A stretch of DNA of 64,000 nt from Eledone cirrhosa (taxonomy: Eukaryota), in contig OZ024744.1 in assembly GCA_964016885.1 (NCBI GenBank), positions 19,716,001 to 19,780,000 of the forward strand, in the 5' to 3' direction. How positions within the stretch are numbered: position 1 is the stretch's first letter; every line of letters begins with the position of its first letter. This document shows positions 12,001 to 28,896 of the stretch, in pieces. The position numbers were made by a program, and so were the translations under genes. A model generated the notes under the pieces. It worked only from the letters and a program-made list of their open reading frames with translations. It searched no databases and was not told the DNA's origin.

Positions 12001-14540
12001 GCGAAAAGTGGCATCAAATTCACGATTCGGTCTTTGAAAGACCAAAACGGACGCGTGCTACTTGACCCCAAGCGGATGTGCGCGGTCTTTCAGCGACACA
12101 TTGCGCAACTGTTCGAGCAGAGTGGCGGTGCGTCAAACGGGGCAATGGACCTCGGTTCATACGTCGACGGCCTGCCACGTCTCTCGAGCATGGAAACCGA
12201 GTTCTGCGAAAGATCGATCACAGCCACTGAGATACCGGACGCTCTGGGCCGCTGCGAGAAACGCAAATCACCAGGTCTAGATGGTCTACCGTATGAGTTT
12301 TACATAGGCATGCCGGACTTCCTCTCTGGCTTCCTCGAAGCCGTCTACTGCAACTGACACCAGAATGGGAGAATTTCCAGTTCTGCAGGCAGGGGTGTAG
12401 TAACGATGATCAGGAAAAACGAGAACAAGGGGGACGAACTAAGCAACTTTAGGCCCATAACTCTGCTCAACACAGAGTTAAAGATTTTGGCCAAGGTGTT
12501 GGAACGAGGTTGGCGTTAGTCGTCGAGAACCTGGTAGGGAAAACGCGTCCATACACGGCAATCTCCACCTCATGCAATACATCATAGAGAGGGTGAAGTG
12601 GAAACCCGGCTTCAGTGGGGCTCTGATCAATTTAGATCAGTCTAAGGCGTTCGATAGGGTCGACCATCGAAACTTGGAAGCGGTTCTCAAGGTGGCCGGT
12701 TTTGGACCCGTCTTCTGAGGCTGGATCGCTGCAATGCACACCAACATCTGCTCGACGGTTAAGGGGGAACGGCTACCTATTGGAGCCGTTCGCAATCACG
12801 CGTTCCATCCGACAGAGATGCTCTCTCCTTCTTCCATTATGTACGTGCTGACTCTGGAGCCACTACTGCGGAAGTTGGAGCTGCTGCAGGGCATCCCGGC
12901 ATCCTGTTGGAACCGAGACTGCGGAAAGCGGCGTCGGCATATGCAGACGACGTGACAGTAATGGTGTCGGAAACCTCGGAAATCGGGGCGATCGGCAACT
13001 TCCTGTAGGACTACAAAAGGCTCACAGGAGCAAAACTGAACCCGGACAAGTCTGTCGGTTTGCAACTCGGAACGTGGAGAGGAAAACCGATGCCGTCCGA
13101 CAGTGTCGTCGGACGCTGGACGGACGAACCGGTGAAATTGTTCGGGGTATGGTTCGGTTCGGACCTCCAGGTGGAGAAAACTGGAACGGGGTCACGGCCA
13201 AGGTATTTGCGATCACCCAGAAGTGGACAGAGTGCAAACTATCCTTGAAAGGTCGAGCGGAGGTGGCGAACACTTTCATAGCGTCCGTCATCTACTACCG
13301 CTTGACCGTCGTGCCCTGTCCCTGTGAACATCTCACCAAGATGGTGCGCATGCTCTTCCAGTTCTTTTGGAAGAAGCAGGCTCCACTGGTGAGGGGATCC
13401 GTCTGCTGTCAGCACCATTCCAACGGAGGGATGAGAATGCCGTGGCCGATGATGCGCAAAGATGCGTTGAGGCTACGGCATTTCCAGTTATTCCTCACCG
13501 ACCAACCGGTGTGGGCACCGTTTGTGAGACAGGTCTTCCTGCAACTTCTCTCGCTGGCGGAGCTGCAGTCCTGGGTCAAGCGGTGACCAAAGAAGATGGG
13601 CGCTTGGCACATTGGATGCACTCAGCCACTGACAGTCCTCTATTAAGCGGGCACAGCAATCAGTGGAGACTCCACTTCGACATTCTATAGAGGGTTAGTA
13701 CGTCACAAGGGCGACGACGTACTCGGAGAGAATCTAGGCGTATCTTTGGTAGGACTTTCCTCCCGGGAACTATGGACAACTTCCAGAGGTCTCTGGCCTA
13801 GTAGTGCTACCGAGAAGCTCTACCAATTCTAGACAAGATCTACAAGCACGGACGTCCCGGAAGGGATCCTTCCAAGAGAACATGTCCAAGGTGCGAGCAG
13901 GACATTGAAACCGTTTTGCACGCAATTGTACACTGCGCGGGCGTAACTGACCTGTGGAACTACGCAGAACAACTGCTGTCCCGTATGGGACAAATCCATT
14001 TAATTGCCGAGTCCATAGTAAGGATCAAACCGCCAGCCTCTTTCAAAGACGAAAGAGAGGCGTTTTTTTTCCTCTGTATAGTGGCTATGGTGAAAGAGGT
14101 TATATGGTGGACGAGATTGAGAGGAGTGAGGACAGCTGCCTTTCTCTCCAAACAACAACTCATTCCATTCTTTAGGTACCACTTTAGATGGAGAATCAGG
14201 GTGGAGAGAGAGGCACTGCACCCCAGTAATTTACTGAATGTTGGGTGAATGTAGCAAAAATGGCCCGAGTGATTGGGCCCTGTCTGTATATATATATCTG
14301 TAGGTTGAAGAAGAGAGCAAAAGGAAGAAAGGAGCACTTGCACAACACGCTCCTGAAGTTGAGGGTTGTTCTATCGACGGCGTATGAAACAAGCCATTTG
14401 TAACGCCTCCCCCCTATTGGGGATTTCGATTGTTATAATTGTTTGTTTTATATTTTTTTACACGATTGTTTGTAAAATCCCCGGCATCTCTTTGTTTTGT
14501 CTCGTTTTCTTGTGCCACCTTGTGGCTAATAAAGAAATAT
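9026..14540 (+). mobile_element. Tx1/L1-clade retrotransposon, copy 2 (diverged subfamily), head-to-tail with copy 1
   Basis: ORF1 remnants ~9224-10970 (CFWCNSTSHLKASC). ORF2 remnants 11013-14303 (SRSYLDRF, KSPGLDGLP). AATAAA at ~14528. Only ~20 bp of (TATC)n separates it from copy 1. Confidence 0.92.
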
Positions 14541-14601
14541 ATCTATATATATATATTCAATGATATTAAATAAATAGAAACTCTATTTATAAAACCATAT
14601 T

Positions 14602-14661
14602 CATTCTATTATATATATTCCAAGGGTACCAAAATTTGGTACACTTTCATCAGATAAAATA
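14602..14661 (-). ncRNA. Hammerhead motif in the PLE 3' pseudo-LTR (GAAA mutated to GGAA)
   Basis: Minus strand: TATTTTAT CTGATGA AAGTGTACCAAATTTTGGTACCCTT GGAA TATATA TA ATAGAATG. Confidence 0.7.
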
Positions 14662-16625
14662 CAAAGTTTGTTTTATAAATTTTGACATAACCAAGAAAAA
14701 GATACCTTAACGGTTCAAGTTTTCCTTGGATAGGGAAGGGATAAGAGAAGGAAAGTCAGATATTTCAAATTATTAAGATGAGTATGCAAATGAGGTTGAG
14801 GTATAGGGCTGAAAAAAAAACGTTATTTTAGACGCTATGCAGAATTTAAATAATTAGGATATATGTATGTATGAGTAGGAAGAAGAAAAAGGAAGAAGAG
14901 CTTTTATTTACGTTAATTTAAAAGGAATTATCAATTTGGGGGAATGGTGGAATATGATTCCAGAATTTAAATTTATTTAGCCATATTATGAGTTATAATA
15001 TTGTATATATAATCAATTAGATTTATGGTTGTAAGTAGATTTTATCTTATTACATTACAATAGGTTATAAGTATATAAATATCTATATAGATTAATAATT
15101 GTGCAAGTATAAGTATTATAGAAATAGAAATAATTTACAATTATTACATAAAATTACATAAGATTACATTAAAAGAAAACAGGTGGTTCAAGTTGTAAGA
15201 GAACAATTTGTAGATTCGAATATTTTGTTCCAACATTGAAAATGTTTTCAGAATGTTGTTAATTTAGCGAAGTTATATAGTTTATCGTACATATTATATT
15301 ATATCATGTTTATGTTTGCATGATTGAAAAGGAAAATGGAAAGATAACTCCAATCTTGTTTGTTAACCGTTAAATTTGATGAATGATTTACTCAGAAAAT
15401 ATATAGAGAAAATTATATATTATTTTGTGTGAGATTATTTATTTTAGTCGAAAGATGTGTGAAAGTTCGAAGATCAAAAGGAGAGGAAAAACGTAATGTG
15501 CATTTCGAACAACTATCGTAAAGAGGATACATTTTCAGAATGTCAATTAAAGATTATCAATATACATCTAAAAAAATATATTTAGAGGGGGTATCATTAG
15601 GAAAGTAATAATGTCAGAAGTAATAAAATATTTTAAAATATTTATATTAGAAAAATTAATGTCAAAATGTAAAAATAGTAGAAATATTAAAACATTAAGA
15701 AGGAAGATTATTTAAAAGAATTTACATTTAAATTTAAATTTAAATTTTTAAAGAAAATAGGATCATTTTGAAGGTGTATAAGATATAGTCAAGTGTAATG
15801 AATATCATAAATTAAAAATACTTCTGAAAGTGGAATTTTGGCGATGTCGGCAAGAAGAAAATAATTCTGCTTAAAGATTAATAGAATTTTGACAGTTAAT
15901 TATATAAAAAATTTCCTCAATACACAAGTTACAGAATCTTGAGAAAGCCATATTTCGGTATGCAGGTGCTTTCGAAATCGTTCCCCAAGATATTGAATAG
16001 TCTATATAATTGTCTTTTAAATTCTAAATTAAAAGTGAAAGTGAAATGGAAGATTTTTTATCGGATCTCTCAAATCTGTGTTTATGGTTATACCAGCGTT
16101 CTTTGAATTTTGTAGAAGTGGCACCAATATAGTTAAATACTTTGTCTCTAGTTTTAACTGTGCATTTATAAATTACATTTTTGTCTAAGCAATTATTTTG
16201 TAAAGGGCAGTTTGATTTTATTATACAGTTACATTTTCTGGAGTTCTTGTTGTTCGGAACGGTACTATTATTCTGAATATTGTTGTTAGAAATATTGTTG
16301 TTAGAAATATTATTATTGCTATTTTGGTTACTTTGGTTAGGGTTTAAATTTAAGTTTCTATTATTAATTCTATTTATATTTTGTGCTATGTTCATAGTAG
16401 TAGAGTAGGATAGTTTTATAGTGTGTCTGTTAAAAATAGAGTGGTATCTATGGGCTTTAGGAAAACATTTGTCTAGTGCTTTAAAAAATAAAAAATAGCT
16501 TTGCTAAAGGTGTTTTAACGCTTAATGAGAATGGGGGAGAGAACCAAATAATATTTCTAGTTCTAGTTTTTTTGTTTGGTTTAGTGTTTAAGTTAAATTG
16601 TTTATTATTATTATAATTAATTCTA

Positions 16626-16812
16626 TGGCGGTGGATTGACAGTATCGGTAGAGGGTCGGACGCCATGCTTTGACGCATAGAGTTACGGCCCTTGCCATTC
16701 TGAGTTCAAATCCGCCGAGGTTAACTTTGCCTTTCATCCTTACGCGGTCGATAAAATAAAGTACCAGTAATACGCTGGGTAAATGCTGGCCTTGTGCCAA
16801 AAAGTAGAAACA
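16626..16812 (+). mobile_element. tRNA-derived SINE with Nin-like core, 19-bp target-site duplication
   Basis: tRNA-like head with B box GAGTTCAAATCC. Core GAGGTTAACTTTGCCTTTCATCC...GGTCGATAAAATAAAGTACCAG. TSD attattataattaattcta at 16607-16625 and 16813-16831. Confidence 0.85.
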
Positions 16813-17868
16813 ATTATTATAATTAATTCTAGGGTGATTTGTCATGCTATTGTTATCTATGTATTTAATTTTATTCGAGTATCCTGCTCTATGTAAAGCT
16901 TCATTGTAATATTCTGCCTTATCATCAAACATATTTTTACTAGCAGAGATGCGTGAAATCCGTTGTTGAACGCTATTGACAATAGTGTTCTTAATACTTC
17001 TAGGATGATTATAATTGAAACTTACGTAATTTAGATTTTTGTTAATTTTATGGAAAGGATAGTAAAGACCTGTACTAAGATTTAAGGTTACATCTAAGAA
17101 GTTAACGATGTTGTAGTCAGTCTCCATTTCTAAATTAAGGTTGTAATTGTTGAAAAATTGTATTATGGATTTCCTTTTCCTATTAATTTCACTATTGCTA
17201 TGGTTTTCAATTAAAAGTAACATATCGTCATGATATAAATCCCCGTTCATCTCTGGAATTTTCCTATGCAGTACATTATTAATAAATAATCTAACGAGGT
17301 CCGTTACTTGCGCCGAGTCAGATGATCCCATAGTGATATCAACATTGTTTTTTTCAGTCGGCTCTTGTCCAGAGATGATTATTAAATTCTATTAGTGTTT
17401 TAGGTGCTGTTAGAATTATATTCATTTCATCACTATGTTTAGAAGCGGAGATAAGTGCCTTATTAAGTAAGCTAGGGGTAATAGAGGAGTAGTAATTTGC
17501 AATATCCATTTGAATGAATTTTTTGTTATGTTTTAATTTTATGTTATTCAACCAATCTATAATTTCATTAGTACCGTTCCATAGTTTAAGGTGTGATTTT
17601 TCTTTAAGTAGTGGTATAATTCTATATAATATATGCTTGCTAATTATGCCAAAGTCCGATTTAGATGGTGCGATGAGTCTCACTGGTAGTTCAATTTCAA
17701 AATTTCTTTTGTGGTCCTTCAGGTTAATCTTTGGTTTTCTATGTATAAAGGGTTCAGTTCTATTTCGGATGCCTAATTTATAAATAACTTCAGAAGCTTC
17801 CCTATTTAACGTTGAAAGATCTTCATTTGTTTTTATTTTGTAGTTTTTCCAGAGTTCTTTCAATATAA

Positions 17869-18050
17869 ATGTTTCTACTTTTGACACAAGGCCAGCAATT
17901 ACCCAGTGTATTACTGGTACTTTATTTTATCGACCCCGTAAGGGTGAAAGGCAAAGTTGACCTCGGCGGGATTTGAGCTCAGAATGGCAAGGGCCGTAAC
18001 TCTATGCGTCAAACCATGGCGTCCGACCCTCTACCGATACTGCCAATCCA
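17869..18050 (-). mobile_element. Same SINE family, reverse orientation
   Basis: Reverse complement of 16626-16812, flanked by a caatataa duplication. Confidence 0.85.
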
Positions 18051-18487
18051 ACAATATAATGTTATTATATTCGTCCTTTTCCATACCATATAAGTTATTT
18101 GTTTTGTCAGATTTTACCAGGATCCTCTTAGTTTTTTCTAGATTGTCTATTTTATTCTTCAGACCTTTAAGGTACTCCTGGCCGATAAATTGGTTTCTTT
18201 TGAATTTAATATTTTGTATAATAGAGATTACTTCATTTTCAAATTCGGCTAGTAGTTTGTTGCTAGGTGGATTCTTCTTAGATTTGAAGATAAGATCGAA
18301 GTTGTAACTGGACTTATTTATTTTGTCCTCCGATTTTTTATCAAATTGGAAAGCGCGCCATCTAAGTCTTTCGTATAAAGGAGTCAGATTTCTCAATGAG
18401 TTGTTTTAGATATTCCTTATTTTTGGGTAAGAATACATCTTTTAGAGAAGAAGAAATCCTAAGAATTCCATTATTTTGCAATCAGAC

Positions 18488-20475
<1,988 letters not shown>

Positions 20476-20763
20476 AAGTATAGTGTTACTTTCAATATAG
20501 TTAAAAACAAAAGAAGTTTATATATACACACATACATATGTCCGTACATTTAATTCAAAGTGACCCTGGATCGAAATGCAATTTATTCAGTAAAAGCATC
20601 GACAATTGAACAATTTACCAAGTCTTGGAGAAGAAGATGGTAGAGAGATGACTGTAAAGACATGTAACTACACCAGAGGGGTTGATGGAGGGAGGAACAA
20701 TGGATTCAGGGCGTTTCACAGTCTACTCCGACTAACATCCACACACATATATGAACGCACACG

Positions 20764-20841
<78 letters not shown>

Positions 20842-20914
20842 ATATATATATATATATCAATCTGTCTCTATATATCTTCTTCAACCTATCTATGTATCAA
20901 CATACCTATCTACC

Positions 20915-20955
<41 letters not shown>

Positions 20956-20957
20956 AC

Positions 20958-20997
<40 letters not shown>

Positions 20998-21046
20998 ATA
21001 TATATATATCTACCTACCTATCTATCTATCTATATATCTTACCTAC

Positions 21047-21130
<84 letters not shown>

Positions 21131-21148
21131 ATATCTATCTATCTATAA

Positions 21149-24100
21149 TCTCTGGGATAGACACATGTGATGAGCTCGCTCGGTAAGTTTCGTTTAAATT
21201 TATCTGGAAATTGTGAACTGTAAACTTTCATTTTCGTACCATTTTGTAGAGAGACTGCCAGGCGAAACTTTGATCTGGTCAGTCTCTCAAAATATTCTAC
21301 GCCTTTAGGCGAAATAGTGTTGTAAAAATTTAATCTTTCGAAAAATTTCGAAAAATCCTATTTTGATAAAAATGGCTGAAGCATCTTCACCAAAATTCGA
21401 AGGAGGAAAGGGGAAGATAAGCTTACAGCTTCCCCCTGCCACTGTCACAGTAGCAGAGGTAAAAAAGAAAGACAGCTAGAGGAAGGATTTTCTCCACCTG
21501 TTGACCGACAACTTGACGTTGCCATGGCACAAACCAAAGAACCAGCGGCACCAGCAACAACAACAACAACAACAATGCGATGGACGAAAACAACACCAAT
21601 AACAATAACAACAACAACAAGACCAATAACTGTGATAACAACAACAATGATAACAACACCACCAACTACAACAGCAACACAAACAAAAAAAATGTCTCCT
21701 TCGCCGAGACGGCAAGGAAACCGCTCGACTATCTGCCAGTAGATATAACCAAAGCGAAGGAGCTACTGGCAGATGCCAAAAAATATATAGTGTACGGGGA
21801 AAATGGTATTCACGATCCATTCCTCCCCCGGAACTAAAAAGCCAGAGACTCCTAAACACTGTCATGTTTAGGACAATCTCGAATAAAAGGAAAAAACCAG
21901 CTCAACCATCACAGAGTGAGATAGAGCTGGTTTTAAAAGACGTCATGAAGGACATCACCTTCATTCAGAAGGATAGACTCTACGTGAGTCTATCCATTCT
22001 CATGAAGGACAGGGACACAGCAGTGAAACTGTCCATCAAACCAATCACATCCACCGCATACACCTTCTACCCTACGTACATGGGTAGAAGAACACAAAAA
22101 ATAAAAATCCACACCATCCTGCCGATTATGGACATATGGTGGGTTTTGACAGGTTTCCTGGACCTGGATGATGACACGCTGGTGTCCATGGGAAAGGCAT
22201 CGGGTGAAGCGTTCAGTGAAACGATCCTCGAACTTGTAGTTCAAATGAGGCCCGAAAGGATCGCCCAGATCCCTGAACGCGTCATACTGGATGATCAAAC
22301 TTTCATCAACATTACCGTTGAGGGTAGGCGGCCCTCGTGTTACCTCTGCGGAACCAGAGGTCACCTGAGGGCTGTCTGTCCCCAACTTAATAAGAAAACC
22401 CCAATCCTGCCTACACCACCAACAACTACACAGCCAACACAATCACCACAACTACCACTACAAAAACAACCACCACAGCTCAAACCAAAACAAAACAATG
22501 TCCAACCCATCCCCCCCACTAAAAAAAAAAACAATTTCCAAAACACCCGCACCGCAAACACAACCCGAAAATATACCCCTCCCCTCCAACGCGGAAGATG
22601 ACCCTAGTTCGTTGTCAGACGAGGAGGAGCACTTCCACACAATCAATAGAAAAAAAAGAAAACACACCTCAGACACACAAATGAAAACAACCCCTCCCCA
22701 AAACATAACACTGACACCAACACAAAGAGCTCACAACAACAGCAAACAAAAACACCACACAAAAACAAAAACATGCATACACATACATAAACACAACAAA
22801 CAAAAAACTGTTAAACATTGTGTACAACAACAATCTAATAAAAACCCAAGGGCCTAACTTCACCCAGGCAGGGGATTTCCCCCACCTCAAAATGATTAAG
22901 GCCCCACAGGACACCTATAAAACTTTAAAAAACAACTTTAAAGAGGACGTTCCCCCCCCCCTGCGTCGGGCCCATTAACCACGTCCTCCTAAAAAACTAC
23001 CCCACCCCCTCCCAAACGACCACACAACTCCAAACTCCCCAACCACACAACACACTGATGCCCCTACACCTCCACAAACCACCACCCCACCCAACAACCC
23101 ATCGCCCACCCTAATGGAAATTGTGCAACCCGATACCCGGGACGCAGAGAGGTAAGTGCCTTTTCTCTTCACCACCAACATGGCCATGCTAAGAGTAGGC
23201 TGTTTAAATGCGCGTGGCCTGGGCTCAACTTGGAAGCAAGCAATGCTTCTAAATGACCTCAGGTCACAACGTATAGATGTGATGGTTATTTGCGAGGCCC
23301 GGATCAGCAACGTGCGACAGCTGGCCCCCACCTTTGATGACTTTGAGATGCACGCATCTCTCTATCAGCCCGGAGGTGCGGGTGGGGTTGTCGTTCTGCT
23401 GCAAAAACATCTGGGTCTCGTAACACAGATGGTACATTTGGACCCGGAGGGTCGACTAGTGGTTCTGGACCTTGGCAGTGGTAAAGGCGGAGTGTTTAAG
23501 TTGGTAGCCGCCTATGGCCCTTCGGGTAAATGCGGCCGGACTTCTTCCATCGTCTGGAGACTTTTCTAGGGACGTCCCGCTCCTTGCTATTAGTGGGGGA
23601 CTGGAATGGTATCCTAGATGCACGCTGGGACTACGTAGGGGCCTGTCCCGATAGAGAGGGGTGTAATAGCCTCAAAGGGTTAATCGGTCGATTTGACCTG
23701 GCCGATAGATATCGACTAGATTTTCCGACTGCGCCAACCTGGACTTGGGCAAATCGTAGCGGATCATCTAGGTCGTACCTAGATAGGTTCTTAGTTAGAA
23801 TTAAGGATAAGGACTTCTTAAGTTGTCCAAAAATGCTCATGGTTGGCTATTCAGACCACAAGTTAGTGACCTGCATGGTCAACCTTGACAGAACTCATAG
23901 ACAGGGACCCGATTACTGGAGGCTCAACTTGTCCTTACCGGCAAGTAAGGCTTACAGGGACCGGATTAGCACTTTAGTTAAGGAGCGGTTGACGGGCGCC
24001 ATCGTCAACAGCAGGTGGTGGGGATCTCTCAAAAGAGAGATTAAAGTAGTCTCTATATAATTTAGTAAGGAGTTAGCCTCAAATAGAAATAGGAAGGAAA

Positions 24101-26205
24101 GGGAGTTGGTAGATAATGTAGAAGAGGCAATTAGAAGCGGCGACGTGGCCAGAGTGCTAGCATCGAGAACGGCCCTGGGCCAGTTTTTCGACGCGAAACA
24201 CGAAGGCTGCATCGTCCGAAACAAAATACGTGCTCTGGGCCCGCGTGACAGAAGCCAAAAGAGGGAGCAGATCCAATATCCGACTTTGCGAGACCAGGAT
24301 GGACGTGTGATCCTTGAACCTAGGCAGATGTGCGAGGCTTTTCAAAAGCACTTTGCCGGATTGTTCGGAAGGGGCGGGGAGCCGGTTGGGGATGTTGACT
24401 TCGGTCCATACCTCGACGGCCTGCCGCGTCTCTCGGACAGGGAGGCGAAGTCCTGCGAGGAGCCGATTTCAGCCGCTGACATAGAGGACGTGCTGAGCCA
24501 ATGCGGCAAACGCAAATCCCCGGGTCTCGATGGTCTTCCATACGAACTATATCTAGCTATGCGGGACTTGTTCCCCGATCTCCTCGAGGCGGTCTACAGC
24601 AACTGGCAACAGAACGGGAGAATTCCCTGTGCTGTGACCAAGGGCCTAGTCACGCTAGTGAGGAAGGACGAGAAAAAGGGGGACGATATAAATAATTTCA
24701 GGCCCATAACTCTGCTAAATACAGAGTTACAGATTTTGGCCAAGGTGCTAGCAAAGAGGTTGGCGCTTGTCGTGGGTAAGCTGGTGGGAGATGCGCAGAC
24801 ATGTGCTATCCCGTCCAGGTCAATCCATGACAACCTCCACCTCATGCGATACATCATAGAGAGGGTTGTGAACGAACCGGCTTTGGTGGGGCTCTGATCA
24901 ACTTGGATCAATATAAGGCATTCGATAGGCTCGACCATGGTTACCTGGATGCGGTGCTAGCGGCGGCAGGCTTCGGACCCGTTTTCAGAGGCTGGATCAC
25001 TTCTATGCACAGCAGCCGCATCTGCTCTAGGGTCAAGGTGAACGGCTACCTCTCGGAGCCGTTCAAAATCGCGCGGACCATCCGACAAGGGTGCCCTCTC
25101 TCCTCCCTTCTGTATGTGTTGACTCTCGAGCCACTAATGCGGAAGTTGGAGTTGTTGCAGGGCATCCCTTTGGAACCGGGATTGCGGAAAGCGGTGTCGG
25201 CCTACGCCGATGACGTGACAGTAATGGTGTCGACGGCCTCCGAAAACGGGGCGATCGGCACCTTACTGGAGGAGTACGAAATGTTCACAGGGGCTAAGTT
25301 GAACCGGGACAAGTCGATCGGTTTGCAACTCGGCACGTGGAGGGGCAGACCGATGCCCTCCGATGGCGTCGTCGGACGCTGGACGGAGGGCCCGGTGAAG
25401 TTGCTCGGGGTCTGTTTCGGACCAGACCTCCAGGTAGAGAAGAACTGGGCGGAGGTTACGAACAGGGTGTTTGCACTGACCCAGAAGTGGGCCAGTTGCA
25501 AACTATCCCTGAAAGGTCGGGCGGAGGTGGCGAATACCTATATAGCGTCCGTCATCTACTACCGCCTGACCGTAGTGCCTTGCCCAAGGGAAACCCTCGC
25601 CAAGATGGAGCGCGCACTCTTCCAATTCCTTTGGAAGAGGCGGGTTCCGAGTCTATTGTAACGATCAAGCCGCCTCCCCTCTTCAAAAACGAAGAAGAGG
25701 CGGTGTTTCCTGTGCGTAATAGCCATGGTGAAAGAAGTTGTATGGTGGACGCGTCTGAAAGGGCTGAGGTCAGGCACCTTTCTCTCTGGCCAACAACTGG
25801 TCCATTTCTTCCGATATCATTTCGGAAGAAGGATCAGGATGTAGAGAGAGGTGCTCCACCCCAGTCGTTTTTATGAAAGGTGGGTGAAAGTGGAGATAAT
25901 GGCCCGTGTGAATGGGCCTTCTCTTTACATAAGCATGTAGGTGGAAAAGAGGAAGGAACGAGGGAGCACCCAATCTCTGTGCTCCTGAGGAGAAGGGTTG
26001 CACACTTTTGTCGGGGGGGGGGGTGCGAGCCCCCAAGGCGCCTCCTCTCTATTGAGGATTTTGTTATAATTTTATTTTTTGTTATATTTTATTTTATTTT
26101 TATATATTGTTATTGCCTCCTCCCTATTGAGGACGCCTTGTTTTGTAAACTCCCCCCATTGTTCTTGTCCCACTTTTGATGCCCTGGTGGCAAATAAAAG
26201 AAACA
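21149..26205 (+). mobile_element. Tx1/L1-clade retrotransposon, copy 3; ORF2 close to copy 1, with a ~650-bp internal deletion
   Basis: ORF1 ~21372-23155 (CYLCGTRGHLRAVC). ORF2 23180-25940 (GDWN, SDH, QGCPLS, YADD). (TATC)n on both flanks (20955-21148 and 26206-26278). Confidence 0.93.
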
Positions 26206-26220
26206 TATCTATCTACCTAC

Positions 26221-26278
<58 letters not shown>

Positions 26279-26830
26279 CCCGCCGAGGTTGACTTTGCCT
26301 TTCATCCTTACGGGGTCGATAAAATAAAGTACCAGTAATGCACTGGTGTAATTGCTGGCCTTGTGCCTAAAGTAGAAACAATTATCTGTTTCAATCAAAA
26401 GGCGGTGGATTGGCAGTATCGATAGAGTGTCGGACACCATGCTTTCCAGCATAGTTACGTCCCTTTACGATCTGAGTTCAAATCCCGCCGAGGTTGACTT
26501 TGCCTTTCATCCTTACGGGTTCGATAAAACAAAGAACCAGTAATACATTGGGTAATTGCTTTCATTGTGCCTAAAGTAGAAACAATTATTTACCTGACTT
26601 CTTTATAGGCGGTGTATTGGCAGTATCGGTAGTGGGTCGGACGCCATGCTTTGACGCAAAGAGTTACGGCCCTTTCCATTCTGAGCTCAAATCACGCCGA
26701 GGTTAACTACTACTACCAACACTACTACTACCACCACCATCCTTGAGGAGTCGATAAAATAAAGTACCAGTAATGTAGTGAGATAATTGCTGGCCTTGTG
26801 CCAAAAGTGGAAACAATTATCTGTTTCAAT
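26279..26830 (+). mobile_element. Tandem cluster of three tRNA/Nin-like SINE copies
   Basis: 3' half at 26279-26385; full copies at ~26400-26590 and ~26607-26822; all match 16626-16812. Confidence 0.85.
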
Positions 26831-26863
26831 GAGGAGAGAAGTTGTGTTTGGACAATCTGACAC

Positions 26864-26920
<57 letters not shown>

Positions 26921-27227
26921 TATATGGGTGTGTATGTGTGTCTGAGTGTATATATCTGTTTACTCACGTATATATATATATGTATGTATATATGGATGCA
27001 TGTTTCTATGAATAACTGTATGTGAAACATGTATATGTGTATATAGTTATGTGTGTATACATATATGTTTCGTGTACACACATATATATATATATACTCA
27101 GGTATGTGTGTGTACATGTGTGTGTTTTTATGTGTGTTTATCTGCAATGCATTGTTTTAGTGTTAAAGAAGAAACGTGTTTGTGTCAAGAACTTTTGTGG
27201 AGTATGTCTAAAAATTGCATCGTATAA

Positions 27228-28094
27228 CTTACTATCTTCTACCGCTACTACTACCACCACCACCACTACACTATCTTCTACCGCTACTACTACCACCACC
27301 ACCACTACACTATCTTATACCACTACTACTACCACCACCACCACTACACTATCTTATACCACTACTACCACCACCACCACCACCACTACACTATCTTATA
27401 CCACTACTACTACCACCACTAGTACACTATCTTCTACCACTACTACTACCACCACCACCACTACACTATTTTCTACCACTACTACTACCACCACTACACT
27501 ATCTTCTACCAGTAATACTACCACCACCACCACTACACTATCTTATACCACTACTACTAACATCACCACCACTACACTATCTTCTACCACTACTACTACT
27601 ACCACCACTACTACAATATCTTCTAACACTACTACTATTACTACTACTACCACTACACTATCTTCTAACACTACTACTACCACCACTACTACTACGACCA
27701 CCACCACTACACTATCTTCAACCACTACTACTACTATCACTACACTATCTTCTACCACTACTACTATTACCACTACTACTACTACCACTACAGTATCTTC
27801 TACCACTACCACTACTACCACCACCACTACACTATATTCTACCACTACTACCACTACTACACTATCTTCTAACAATACTACAACTACTACCACCACAACT
27901 ATACTATCTTTTACCACTACTACTACCACCACTACTACACTATTGTCTACCACTACTACCACCACCACTACACTATCTTCTACCACTACTACTACCACCA
28001 CTACTACACTATCTTCTACCACTACTACTACCACCACTACTACACTATCTTCTACCAATACAACTCCCACCACTACTACACTATCTTCTAACAC

Positions 28095-28127
<33 letters not shown>

Positions 28128-28859
28128 TACTACACTATCTTCTAACACTACTACTACTACTACTACTACCACCACTACTACACTATCTTCTACCACTACT
28201 ACTACCTCTACTACACTATCTTCTACCACTACTACTACTACCACCATTACTCTATCTTATATCTCTACTACTACTACCACCACTACTACACTATCTTCTA
28301 CCACTAGTACTACTATTACCACCACTACTACACTATATTCTACCACTACTACACTATCTTCTACCACTACTACTACTACCACCACTACTACACTATCTTC
28401 TACCACTACTACTACCTCTACTACACTATCTTCTACCACTACTACTACTACCACCATTACTCTATCTTCTATCTCTACTACTACTACCACCACTACTACT
28501 ACCACCACTACTACACTATCTTCTACCACTAGTACTACTATTACCACCACTACTACACTATCTTCTACCACTACTACTACTACCACCACTACTACTACCA
28601 CCACCACTACACTATTTGTACCACTACTACTACTACCACCACTACTACACTATCTTGTACCACTACTACTACCACCACCACCACTACGACTACCACCACT
28701 ACTACTACCAACACTACTACTACCACCACCACTACACTAACTTGTACTACTACTGCTATCACCACCACCACTACATTATCTTGTACTACTCCTACTACCA
28801 CCACCACCACTTCCACCACCAGTACACTATCTTGCACCACAACCACTACCACCACCACT

Positions 28860-28895
<36 letters not shown>
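27228..28895. repeat. Compound minisatellite: ACACTATCTTCT followed by (ACT/ACC)n
   Basis: Dozens of units with a variable trinucleotide tract, decaying into (ACC)n/(ATC)n. Confidence 0.9.

Positions 28896-28896
<1 letters not shown>

Larger units (their letters stand above)
14557..18480 (-). mobile_element. Penelope-like element 1 (RT plus C-terminal GIY-YIG), decayed, with two SINE insertions
   Basis: ORF remnants ~18471 to ~15805: RLRWRA, MDIANYYSSI, MGSSDSAQVTDL, LYHDD, FLDV, CNC..CPL..C..VIY..YIGAT. Long AT-rich 3' region with an HHR near the end. Confidence 0.9.
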
